Assembly (NCBI GenBank): GCA_028826165.1
Contig: JAPDFW010000124.1
Location: 1 to 64,000, forward strand
Source: Anaeramoeba ignava BMAN
Taxonomy: Eukaryota > Protista > Anaeramoebae
Direction: 5' to 3'
DNA: 64,000 nucleotides
Made by a program: the position numbers and the translations under genes. This document shows positions 50,846 to 63,901 of the stretch, in pieces. The notes under the pieces are model-generated. The model saw only the letters and a program-made list of their open reading frames with translations, was not told where the DNA came from and did no database searches. The stretch's first letter is position 1, and each line of letters opens with the position of its first letter.

Positions 50846-53800
50846 TTAATTTGTTCGTTTCCTTAAAGTTCTTTCAATTGATTTAAAAATTTCAAGTGAA
50901 TTTGATATTAAAAATTTGTGTTCAATATCAAATTTTTCTTCAATTTCTTTATAACCATTTGATTCTTTTTCTTCAATTGAAAAAAGAAATAAATCCCGAA
51001 ATGAATATGCTGGATTAATATTATCATTAAGTTTTATAAGAAATTCCTTTAAATATTCAAAAAATTGATTAGTTTCTTTCATTTTTTTAATAGAATTTTC
51101 CAATTCTAAAGCTTGAAAAGATGTTAATTCTATTCTAAATTTTTCTGGTAAATTCTCTAAAACGGTTTCAAAATCAATTTTCAAATCATTCCAAATAAAT
51201 AATAAATGTTTCAATTTCACAAATTTTGAGAATTCAATTAATTTTGCTTGATTGATTCCAGTAAAATTTTCACTTTCAATTTTTTTTTGAAAAAAATCCA
51301 TAATTCCCATTTCTCTCAATTCTTGTCTCTTTTCTTCTGTATTTTTCTTCATGTTAATTCTCTTGCAACTTGAAATCACAAATTTAATTAATTCGAGAAT
51401 TGTTTTGTTTAAATTATTTTGTGTTAATTCTTCTTTGATTTTAAATAAATGAAATTTTTTTAATTTCTCTTGTTTCCATTCTTCAGTTTCAAGGAATTCT
51501 GTTTTAATTTCAGGTTTTTCATTTAAAAATTGAAAGTCTTCAATCACATTTTTGTAATATTTAAATTTCTTTAAATAACTTAATTTCTTGAAAATATATT
51601 CTTCAATTAAATTCAATTCATTATTTATCTCTCCAATGTAAATAAATCTGCTAAATTCTTCAAAATCAAAACGAACAAATTTTGTAAAATCAACTTCAGT
51701 TTCTAAAAATGGTAAATCTACTTGAATTTCAGAAAATTCTTTTTCTTTTTCTTTTTCTTCCAATTTTTGGAAAAGATTTTGTAATAATGGTGATTCAATC
51801 ATTTCATTATGAATATTTATTGAATGATCAATAAATATTGAAATCATTAAATTGTAAATCTTTTTTTCTGTTAAGCAATAATCAATGAAGTTTATTTCAT
51901 TTATTTTAATTGGAATATTCGATTCATTTTTAATATCTTTTAAAACCATTAAATATTTTACTTCTGATATAATAAGTTCCCAAAATTTTTTAAATGATGA
52001 AAAATATTCTTGAACATCTTCTTTTTCATTTTCAAATAATTCTTTGATAGTAATTTGATTTGATTTCTCTTTTTCATTTTCAAATAATTCTTTGATAGTA
52101 ATTTGATTTGATTTCTCTTTTTCATTTTCAAATATTTCTTTGATAGTAATTTGATTTGATTTCTCTTTTTCATTTTCAATTAATTCTTTGATAGTAATTT
52201 GATTTGATTTCTCTTTTTTGATCTTTTCAATTAATTCTTTGATAGTAATTTGATTTGATTTCTCTTTTTTGATCTTTTCAGTTAATTTTTTAATTAAAAA
52301 ATTTGCAAATTTCATAAATCCTTCAAATAAATTCAATATCATCAAATTTTTTTGATTTGAAATTATAAACTCAATCAATGGATAATTATCTTTTTTTTCT
52401 GTTGTTTTTTGTTGATAAAATAAATTGATTATTGAATAGAAATCTGGTTTTGGTAAATCAAATAAATTTAATTTTTGGGATTTTTGTTGTAATTTTCTCC
52501 AAATTGGATCTTCTGCTTTATTTTTGATTTTATTCATTATAAATTGATGTTTTTCATTAACAACATTATTGAAAAATGTTTCAAATGAGTTTCTTGCTTC
52601 AGTTTCCTTAAAAAAATCTTTATTTAGTAACAACTTTGGAATTTTCAAATCTAATAATATATTTAATGTTTCATGGAAATAATAAATTGCTCTATTAATT
52701 GGAGTATTGATTAATTTTGATAAAATCGTTAAATCATTCTGAATATGACCAAATAATTGTTGAATTAATTCTTCTTTGCTTTTCGGTTTAAAAACACAAT
52801 TATTGATAAGCTGAATGAAAAAATTAGAAAACTTATCAGATATTATTGAAACAGAAATAATAGATAAATGCATCAATAATCGAATTATTCTGAAAGTAAT
52901 TGGGTTCATTTCTCTTAATGTATATCCTATATTTTCATTTGGAAATTTGGAAACTGAATAAGATAATAAATTTTCAAAAAAATTCTGTTTAATTTCCTTT
53001 TCTTGTAATTTTGATTTGCAAAATTCACACCAATTTTGTAATTTAAGTTTGGAAAATTTAATAAAATTCAAATGCCCTTTTTCACAAATTTTCCAATTTT
53101 TTGTTTCTTTTCTAAATTCTTTATTGAATGGATGAGATCCCATTGTTGGCCAATATAAATTTTCAAGTTTTTCTTTTTTTAATCCTTCTTCTCCAACTTC
53201 AAATAATAGATCTGATGAAAATAAAAATCCAAAAGGTTCAAGTTTTAAATAATTAAGAAATTCAATAGAATGAATTGCCATTTTGAATACTTCTTTGCTT
53301 TCAAATTGTTTTTCAATATTCCAAAAATGAGAATAAATTTTTGAAAGAAGATAACTTGTATTATATTCAGAAGGAAATGAAACATGAGATTTTTGGAATT
53401 GTGTTGATAAATCATTTCCCATTTGTCTTTGCCCATAATAATATAGTAATGAAGTTTCTTTTTTCTTTTCTTGAATATTAATTCTAATCAAATTTTCTTT
53501 TATTGATAATAAAATAGATTGTGAAATTGAATTATTTTTTAACTTTTCAGGAATTTCATTTTGGATAAAATGTATCAACTGTAATCTTCCTTTTGATTTT
53601 TCAATTTCATTAAAAATAAACTTTAACCATTCTTGCCCTGTTTTTTTCGATAAACTATTTTTGAAACTTGAAGTAAATTTCTTTGGATTATTTAAACATT
53701 GATTGCGTTTTCGTATAAATTTGATAATTTTAGAAAGAGGAAATCCATCTTGGATATAAGCCACTATTATATTTGTTGGCTTATTTTCTTTTGATAATTG

Positions 53801-56800
53801 TTTATTATTATTATTATTTGAGATTATAATTTTTTGTAATTTTTCATCTTCATTTATAACTTTAACACATGAATAAAGAATAGCATTTTCTGGATTTGTT
53901 CTTATTATTTTTAAATTCTTTTCACTCATCTTTTTATCAATAAATTCCAATAATTCTTGTTGGTATTCTTGATTTTCTTTTATTATAGAAAATAAATTCC
54001 TCAACATTTTTTCGTGTATCAAATAAAACATATTTTCCATATTCATCATTGAAAACATTATTCCTTTTTCTTTTAAATATTCTTCAAATTTGTCTATTAA
54101 TTGAAACTCAAAATTTCCTTTTGTTTCCTTTTCTAAAATGAATTTTTGTGAAATGAATTCTGAATAATCTATTAAATATTCTCCAAATTTTTGGAAAACA
54201 TCTTCAATTTCTTTCCTGTATTTTTGAATATTCCTTTCTCGTATTTTTTGGAAATGTGTTTGATCTGCTCTTAATCTTTTCCCACAAATATTACATTTTT
54301 TCTCATTTATATTTTCTTCAAGTGTTAAATAAATCAATTTTTTTGCTTTTTGAGATGGTTTACAAATGTAAATTTTTTGATAACCAGATTCTTCACAAAA
54401 TAATCTTTCAATTAATTCTTTGGATATTTTATCAATCATCATCTGTTTTTCATTATTTTCCAAAATATTTTCTTTTTCATTCATTTGTAATTCATTTTCA
54501 TTTTGATTTTCTTTTTGATTTTGATTTTGATTTTGATTTTCTAAAAAGTTTTCCATAACTTCAATAATAACATATTTAAATTTTTTCAATATAAAATTTT
54601 GGAATGATCCTCCATTATTTTGTTTTGATAATTTTTTAAATCCCATTCAGAACTATAATCATTTTCTTTTATAATTGTCTCTATTTCATTGAAAAAATTA
54701 TCTGATTGATTTCCCAAAATTTTTTGTTTTATTAAATTGTTTTTTTTGAAAATTTCTTGTGTTAAATCAATTATTCTTGAAAGAGCTATTTTAAATACTT
54801 GCTCACAAATTGATTTTAATTTTCCAAATTTTTTTAATTCTTCAAAATAATCTATTGATTCTGTTGAATTTGGATTTGGAATGTCTACTTCTTTTGTAAA
54901 TGTATCAAGATATGAATATTCCCAATTTTTTTCAAAATTAAAACTAAAATTAAATCTTTTTTTTATAATTTGGTAATAAATGAATAATGAATATCACATA
55001 ACAACTTTTTCCTTTTGATATAATCAAATTTTCATTTTCAATTTCAATTTCATTTTGATTATTATTATTGTTTTCATTTTCATTTTCATTTTCATTATTG
55101 TTGTTATTGCTTTCAGAAAATTTGTGATCAATCATCATTTTCATTTCATAAAAACTCTTCATTTCATTTTGTTTAACATCAATAAATAACACAAATTTAT
55201 CATTTTTTTGTTCATCTTGGATTTTTTGAATTAAATATTCTTTGTTTTTAATTTTTTCTAAATATTCAATTTGAAATGAATAATCAGTATTTTGTTTTTG
55301 AATATTTTGAATATCAATTTCTTCATATTGTGTAATAATGATCCATTTCTTTTTCTCTTTTTTTACAATTTCTTCTTGAAATAATTCACTAAATCCTCTT
55401 TCAAATTTGGTAAAATAATATTTTATATTTTCTTCAATCTTTTTTTGAGCTTGATCAATCTCTATTTCTTTTTTAGTTTTGGATAATGAAGATTTTTGTT
55501 TTTGTGGCTCTTGTTTTTGATTTAATAAATAAATTTCAATCATTTGTTCAATTTTAAAAAATTCAATTAATTTATTTTTCATTAATTTCAATATTTTCTT
55601 TTCTTTTTCTTCTTCTTTTTGATACTTTAAAATAAGTGAATATATCAAATTTTCATTATATCCAATAATTAATTCTTCATTACTAATTTCATTTTTTTGT
55701 ATCTTTTTTATTGGTTTTATCAACTCTGTTTCAATTTTTTGCTTTAAATTTAAATATTTTTCCAAATTTTGAAAATAAGAAAGATCAAAATAATATTTCT
55801 CAAAAAAGCTTAATAAATAAGGTTGATTGAATTCATATTTCATTGCTTTTGATGTAATAATAATTAATTTGAAATTTGGATGAATATTGATTTTTTCTGT
55901 TTTTTCATTAATGGAAGAATAAATATAAGTTTTATAATTTTGTTTCAATAAATCATATATTGCATTATATATTTTTTGATAATTAAAAATAACTAATGTT
56001 TCACCATTTTGTACACATTTTTCAATTTTCTCCAAATTAAAATTTAATTCATTTTCTTTTTTTGTTTCAAAAATTAAAACTGAATTATTGAAAAAATTTT
56101 CATAAAGAATTGAGAAAATGGAAACATCTGGAATAAATATCATCAAATGTCTTGATATCTTTTCAAGGTTGTTATTATCATTATTATTGCTAATTTCTTT
56201 TAATAATTTGATTAAATCAAATTTAGGTATATCAATAAATTCTTCTATATTTTCACGTTTCAAGATATTATTTAATATATTTTCTCTAATTCCAAAATGT
56301 TTAAAAAGAGATTCAAAATAAATATCCGAAAATTGCTTTTTTTGTTGTTCATTTGAAATTGAATATCCAATATCTTTAATAAATGAATAATAATCTTGAA
56401 TTCCATAAATTTGATTTGAAGGTTTTCTTCCTTTTAATATTTGAACAAATTGTTTGGAAATTATTTTACTTTCATTTCTATAAATTCCTGATAAAATTTT
56501 AACCAAAAATTTGATTTGATAATCTGCAATGTTTTTGGAAAATGATTTCAAAATACTTTCTGTTGTTTGTTCTAATTCATATGTCTCCATTCTTTCCAAT
56601 TTTAATTTGATATATAAAATTGGTAATTGAAATTCAGAATTTGATAAAATTATTACTGATGGTTTTATCAACTCATTATTTTCAATTTCAGAACAAAAAG
56701 TTATTAAAACTTCTTTTTTCAAAACATTAATTTCTTTTAATGTGATAACATTTATTGTATTTTCATCAATTTCTTTACTAATTTTCTTAAATATATCTTT

Positions 56801-59800
56801 AATTTTATTTGATTCAATTAATTTATTACTTGGAATTTCAAATTCTTTTAAATGTGGAAATGAAAGTGAAAATTTTGGTTTATTTTCTTTATCTCTTTGA
56901 TTGAATAATTCCAAAATAAACTCAAGACTTGTTACTTTTGAACTTCCTATTTATTATTAAGTAAATTAATAAATAAATAAATAAATTTGATTTTTGTTTT
57001 TTGATTTTACCTGATTCTCCAATTATATATAAAGGAATTTGACTAAAACAACAAATAAATATGAAAAAAATATTTTCTTTCAATCTTTGATTAATTCCTA
57101 TATGTTTTTTTTCTGCTTTATCTTTAATATCAAGTTTTTCAATTAAATTTTCTATCATTGAATCAAGATATTTTTGAATATCAATTTTTTTAAAATGTTC
57201 CCTAATTTCTCCAACATCATATTTCTTGAGATATTCTTTTAGATTTTGAAAGAATTGTTGTTTATTTGATTTTGGTTTGAATTTGTATTCATAAACAACA
57301 AATAAACTAATCAAAATAGATTTTGTAATTCTTTCAAATAAATATTCTATATCATTTTCTTTTTGATTTTCTTTTTGATTTTGATTTTCATTTTGATTTT
57401 GATTTTGATTTTCTAATTTTATATCAATCTCATTGTTTAAAATCCATTTAAATATTTTGAGAAATATGGATAAATTTTCATTTTCATTTTCATTTTCATT
57501 TAAATTTAAATTTTCATTTTGAATATAATCTTGATAAAATAAAAATAATCTTTTAATTAATAAATTTACACTTTTTGTAATTGAATTTTCTTTTAATTTT
57601 TTAAATATTTCAAGCTTTTCAAGTACTTTATAAATTATAAGAGAAGTAATTGATTCTTCTGATTCAATTGATTTTCCAAAATCATAAATATCTTCAAAAA
57701 ATGAATCAGGAATAACTTGTAATTTTGAAATGATGTTTTTATCAATTTCTTTTCTTTGATATTTATTTTTATTTAGATCTTTACTATCATATTTATTATA
57801 TTTGTTTACTGAAAAGGATTTAATTGAAGCTAATAAATTGATTTGATTTGATATCCTTGTATCTTTAATATAACGTTCTAATAAAATTTCCTTCAATAAA
57901 ATAATACATTCTTTTGATCCTCTATTAATTTCATCAAAGAAAACATTGATTTCTGAACTTGGAGTTACAAATTTTTCAGCTGTTGTAATAATATTAATAA
58001 TTTCTTCTGGTTTTGTTGTTGGTTTGATTTTTTGAATCAATATTTCTTGTTTCATAATTTCTTCAGAAAGATATTTAATCATAAATAATCTTTCTTTTTT
58101 ATTTCCTCCTTCAAAAATAACAGGAAGTTTTGCAAATAATTTAAATTGGATATATAAAAGTTTCATAATATTAATTGGATTGAATATAAATTCTCTTATT
58201 TTTTCATTTTTTTCATTTTGATTTTGATTTTGATTTTCATTTTGATTTTCATTTTTAATAATTGATTTGAAATTTAAATTTAGATTTTTAATTTCATCAT
58301 TTTCATAAAAATTTAGTTTTTATCAAAATATTTTTGAATGTTTTGATCAAATAAATTTTTGATTTTTTGATTGCTTATTAAATTCATTTCAATATCATTT
58401 TCTCTAATATTTGAAAATATTGGTAAATAAATCATTCTATCTTCCCATTTAACTTTTTCTTTTAATAAAGTAGAAAAATATTCCAAAATATTTGAATTAG
58501 AATCAATATCTTTTGTGCTCCATTTAAGAAATCTTGCCACAATATTAATAATTGAAAAGAAATAAAATTTCAATAAATTTCCAAAATATTTCTTCATAAT
58601 TGTTTCATCCTTATTTTGAAAGTTTTCTATTGAAAAATAATCATTCAAGAAATTAATATTCCTTTTCAAAATTTGTGTAAAATTCATTATTAATCTATAA
58701 GTTAATGGTTGACCAGGAAGCTTTTCTGAAAATCTTTTTTGAATAAATTTGAAAGTTTCTTTTTCATCTTTAATATTTTTTCTGTTTTCAAATTCTTGGA
58801 AATAATCAATATTTTGTTTAATAAATTGAGCAACTTCGTTCATTTTTTGTTTATGCTCATCATCTTCAATAATTTCAAAAGATTGATTAAGTTTATATTT
58901 TGTAAAAGAAAATTCATTTGAAGAGAATTGGCATTGCTTTTCTTCTAACCATTTTAAAAGTGGAAAATCATTTAATCCATTTTCTGAATCTTTTTTACGA
59001 TTACTTGGAATTTCAAAAGAAAAAAAATAAGATGGATCTGAATTCCAAATGAAATTATTTGTAATTTTTCTTTTGCTTTCAACTAAATTCCAAATGATTA
59101 AATTCCAAATTAAATTCATCATTTTCAAATTTGGTAAAAAGTATAATTTGATATGTAAATATTTGATAATATTTTCTGGATTATCAATTTTGAAATGTGG
59201 TGAATAATTGATTTTATTAAGATATTCGTTAATTTTTTCAATAAATTCAATTGGATTTCCATTTGTAATGAAAATTTGGAAATATTTATTTTGGTTTTCT
59301 TGAGATTTTTGATAAATTTCTTTTTGAATTTGATAGGTTTTTCCCATTCCAGCTAATTGTGAAGTAAAAACTTTTTTGTTTTGATAAAATTTAGATTTTG
59401 ATTGAAATATTTTTTTGATAATTTTTGTAGAAAGAGGATTGATTTGACATGATATTAACGAATAAGGAAAATTCTTAACAATATCAAAACTTCCAATATT
59501 TTTTTCATAAAAGAAAATTATTAAAGGAAAACAAATTTCTTTTTCATAATTAATTTTTTCAAGTTCTTGTAATAAAAATTTAGAACATTTTTTTGATAAT
59601 CTTTGTGAATGAATAATTGAAAACAAATATTTTTGATTTTGATTTTGATTTAAATAAAATAATTTGTTATAAAATTTGTAAATATTAATAAATTTTTCAA
59701 TATCTGATTTCTTTGTTTGATTAAAATCACATATCAAAACATTCTCTTTTAATGGGAAATGTTTGCAATATCCAAAATAAAGAGTTGTAATAATTTCATA

Positions 59801-62800
59801 AACTTCAATTTCATTTTCTAATTTATAAAAGAAAAATTTGGTTTCTTCAATTGAATTTCCATATTGTTCAAAAATTTGGTTAAATTTATTTTGATTTTCA
59901 ATTTCAAATTCAAATTCAATTTCAATTTCAATTTTTCTTTGTTGGATTGTTTCCTGTATTAATTTAAATTCATCTTTAATATTTTCAAATTCTTTGGTTT
60001 TAATTTTATCAAAGAAATTATATAATTCTGAAAAATTATTCAAATTTGAATTTTCCAATATTTTTTGAAAAGATGATTTTAATGATTTGAATTGATCAAA
60101 ATTTAAATTAGGATAAAACGAACGAATAAGTTGGAATGAATTTTGGATAATATTTTCTTCATTTTGATTTTGAATATTTTTTAATGAATTTTGGATAATA
60201 TTTTCTTCATTTTGATTTTCATTATTTTGGAATGAATTTTGAATAATATTTTCATTTTGATTTTCATTATTTTGGAATGAATTTTGAATAATATTTTTTT
60301 TTTCATTTTGATTATTTTTTAATGAAAGTCCATTAAATATTGAATCAAGTTGTTCTTCTGAAAAAAGTAATTGGAAATATTTTAGAAATTCTTTTATTAC
60401 TTGAACTAAAATATCTTGAAATTCTTGTAATGAAGCTTTTTGTTTTTGTCTTTGTTTTAAATAATTGTTTGCTTTTTCCCAAATGTAAATTCGAAAAATA
60501 TCCCAATTCTTTAAATGATAAATTTTCGAAAAGAAATTTAAATCAATTCCTAAATCTTGGATAGATTGTTCAACTTTTGTAATTGATTTTGTTTTATTTA
60601 TTTCTTTTTAATTTGATTCATTTTTGAATGATATTTCAATTTTATTATTTTCTTGCATAATTTTTTCAATTTCTCCAGATTTTTGAAAATTTTTAATTAC
60701 AAACTGAATATTTTCTCCAATTTCTTTATTTATTTTACCAAATTTTGCTATTTTTCTATTGATTCCTTTATAGATTGATTTATTGTATTATATTGTTCAA
60801 AATTTTCAATTGATAATTTAATTTCTTCATTTATTTCATTTATTTTTATAAATAATTTTTTCATATTCGGATTTTGTTCTTGAAACTTCTGAGATGATAT
60901 TTGAAAAAAATTAATTGATTGATTCAATTCATTTGCTAATTGCTGAAAAAAACGAATTGCATTTTCAAAAATTTTATTTGAAGTTTCAAATTCATCAATC
61001 ACATTAGAGATATTTTTTTGTATTTCTTCCTTTTCATTGGATTGTTTAATTTCCAAACTTCTCATTATTTGAATTCTTGTGTTAATTTCTTGATTAAATT
61101 TGGGAAATAAAGTTTTAAATTGTGACAATTCAATTTTTTGGAATTGATCCAAATTTTGTTCAAGGGATAAAATAACATTTTCATTTAAGCAAGTTAAAGT
61201 TGCAAATTCTTGACAAATTGTCTTATAAATTAATAAATGTTGAAGTTTTTGTTGAAGGACTTGAGATAAATAATCTAAAAATAAATTGTAAATTTTTGGA
61301 TACAATGGATCATTTTTTGGTAATATTGGAGTGAAAGGAAATGTAATATTTTGAGAATTGGGGTTTGGTTGGAAAAAATTTTGGATATTTGATAAATAAT
61401 TTTGGAGATTTGATGATAAATTATGATCTGAACTTATTAATTCTTGAGGGATTTTTTGAAGTAATTCCATATCAGAAAAATATTCTTCTAAAATTTGTTT
61501 TGGTTGATTTTGATTTGGGGAAATTTTCACATTTTTATTTTGAATAAATGATTTGCATTTATCTTGTGTAAATTCAGAAATAAATTTTCTAAGAAATTCT
61601 GGAGAGTCTTTTATCAAAAGATGGATTTTTGAATTAATAATCGTTTCTAAGCAAATTTTATCTGTTTGATTTTGGAAAAAACGTTGATTTTTGATATTCT
61701 CACAAATTTGATCTTCTATTGAATAATTTTTCTTTTTAATTTTAATTTTTTCCTTTTGAAGTTGTAATTGTTTATCATTTTGAATATTATTTTGTTTCTG
61801 GGTGTTTTCTCTATCAAAGAAAGAAGTATCTGATGATCATTATCATTATAAGAATTCTCATTATCAAATGTATTGAAATTTTGATAAAATTCTTTCCAAT
61901 AATCATAACATTGATCTAAATCTTGGAATTGAAATTTTGAGATGATTTTGATTATGAAAACGTTAGAACTAGTCTTAATGAAATGGTTCAAAATTTGCTG
62001 TTCAAATGTGGAATTTTGGTGAAAAAGTTGTGAAGAAAAAGTACTTTTTTTATGAAATTTTGGATTAAAAAAATCCCATTTTTGAAAATTTGGTTCAGAA
62101 ACTCTTGGAAAATCTTGGAATAGATGGATTTTTTGGTGGAAATTTTCTATAAATTTATTATCAAAATGTGAGAAATGATCTGTAAAAAATTTCAATTTTT
62201 GTTGATTTTTGTTTGGAAATAAATTTGGTAAATATCTGTGAAGTTGTATAAATTTTCCAATCGAGATTTTTTTAGGTTTAATTTTATTAACCAATTTCTG
62301 TATTTGTAAGGTTTTTTTGACAGAATTTTTTATATTTTGTGTCAATAAATATTCCCAATCATTTGATCTTCCCAAATACATTTTCAAAAAATCTGATTTA
62401 ATATTCATTTCTAGTTCTTTATCTTGAATCAATGATTTGAAAAATTGTTCAATAGAAAAATTTAATTTGTTGCTTTTGATTAATGGAAAAATATATTTAA
62501 TAAATGAAGTTATTCCTTCCCAAAAAGCATTTTCCTTTTTTTGTTGAGAATCATTTTGAAAATTTTCATGTAATTCAAATTTATGTATTGCTTTAATAAA
62601 ATTGAGAAAAATTGGAATTGGTTTTTGAATTTCTTCTGGATTTTGAATAAAAAAATAAAAGGAATTTTCTTTTTCAATTTTTTCTTCTTTCTCAAAAATT
62701 CCAGAAATTTTAAGTGTTTGTTGTTCTTTTTCAATATTTTTTTCAATATTTTTTTCAAATGAAGCAAAATAAATTTCATGATATTTTCTGGATCTTTTTA

Positions 62801-62882
62801 TTCTATTATTTGGAATTAGTTGGAAAAACAAATAATTTGAATTATTTTGTTTTTTGTTTGGAAAAATATAAATTTGAAGCAT
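50846..62882 (-). CDS. RNF213/mysterin-like giant protein (~4000 aa): N-arm, dynein-like AAA+ core and E3 module with RZ finger. One intron (57010-56947); several frameshifts
   Basis: Motifs occur in RNF213 order: ENVLIC, TSQLAGMGKT, NIMKLLYIQFKLFAKLPVIFEG, VFFDEIN, LKENIFFIFICCFSQIPLYIIGESG|SSK, YGIQDYYSFIK, SRHLMIF, KCVQNGETLVIFNYQKIYNAIYDLLKQNY, IHPNFKLIII, FEKYY, IIGYNE, WEYSYLD, YWPTM, CEKGH...CEFC, MNPITFRIIRLLMHL. Confidence 0.88.
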
Positions 62883-62964
62883 ATTATTTGTTTTTTTAAA
62901 AAAAAAAGAGGAAAAAAAATGAAAAAAAAATTTAAAAAAAAATTTTTTTTTGTTTTTTTTTTTT

Positions 62965-63901
62965 TTAAGCGAAAAAAGTTTCTAAAATTGAAAATGTTTT
63001 TTGATAAATTTCTTCATTTGGATGAGTTTGAAGTTGTTCAATTTTTTCAATTAAATTTGCTTCTTCCATTCTTTCTATCATTGGTGAATTTTTAACTGAA
63101 TTTTCTTTTTTCAAAATTTCTTCAATTAAATTTAAAATTGTAAGAATACTTTCTGTATTATCAATTTCAATTAAAGAAGTTATTTTTTTGAAGAAGTTTG
63201 TTGAGAAAATTTCACTAAAAATACAAATATAAATTTTAATTTCAAAATGAATTTTTTATCCGATTTTGAAATTTTAAAATAAATTTTGAAATAAATATTA
63301 ATTTTAATTTTAATTTTAATTTCAATATTAATATTAATTTTTAATTTTAATTTTAATTTTAATTTTAATTTTTAATTTTAATTTTAATTTTGATTTTAAT
63401 TTTAATTTTAATTTTAATTTTAATTTTAATTTTAATTTTAATTTTAATTTTAATTTTAATATTAATTTTAATTTCAATATTAAAATAAATTTTAAAATAA
63501 ATTTTAATTTTAATTTTAATTTTTGTGATAAAAACCTCATTTGATTTGAATTTGCATTCTTTATCATTTTAATTAAAAATGAAAATATTAAAATTCTAAT
63601 TTCATTTGAAGAATCCATTTCTAATTCTAATAAATTTATTAAAATTTTCCCATCAAGATATTTTTGAATAGAATTTTCATTTAAAGAAGAATTTGAGAGA
63701 ATTTTAATAATTCCTTCAGTTGCTTTTCTTCTTTTCCAAACTAGAATATTCTTAAATGGTTCTAAATTCTTTAATTCCATAATTTCATCTGAAATTCCTT
63801 CATCCATTGAAAAAATTATTGAAATTTGATTCAAACAAATAATTATAATTTCATATCCAATTTTTTCTCTTGGATTTACATCAATTTTTTGTTGTAATTT
63901 T
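62965..63901 (-). CDS. 3' exons of an importin-alpha-like ARM-repeat protein (exons 63901-63536 and 63214-62965; continues beyond the window)
   Basis: The last exon encodes MEEANLIEKIEQLQTHPNEEIYQKTFSILETFFA*, matching the importin-alpha C-terminal atypical ARM motif. The upstream exon is helical and ARM-like but divergent. Confidence 0.72.

Noticed and set aside
1-62882. Many frameshifts suggesting pseudogenes, programmed frameshifting or an alternative genetic code
   Set aside because: They mostly fall in A/T homopolymers and also hit essential genes (HUWE1-like, Nop9). Well-conserved genes end in ordinary TAA/TGA with no in-frame stops. Long-read error is the simplest explanation.
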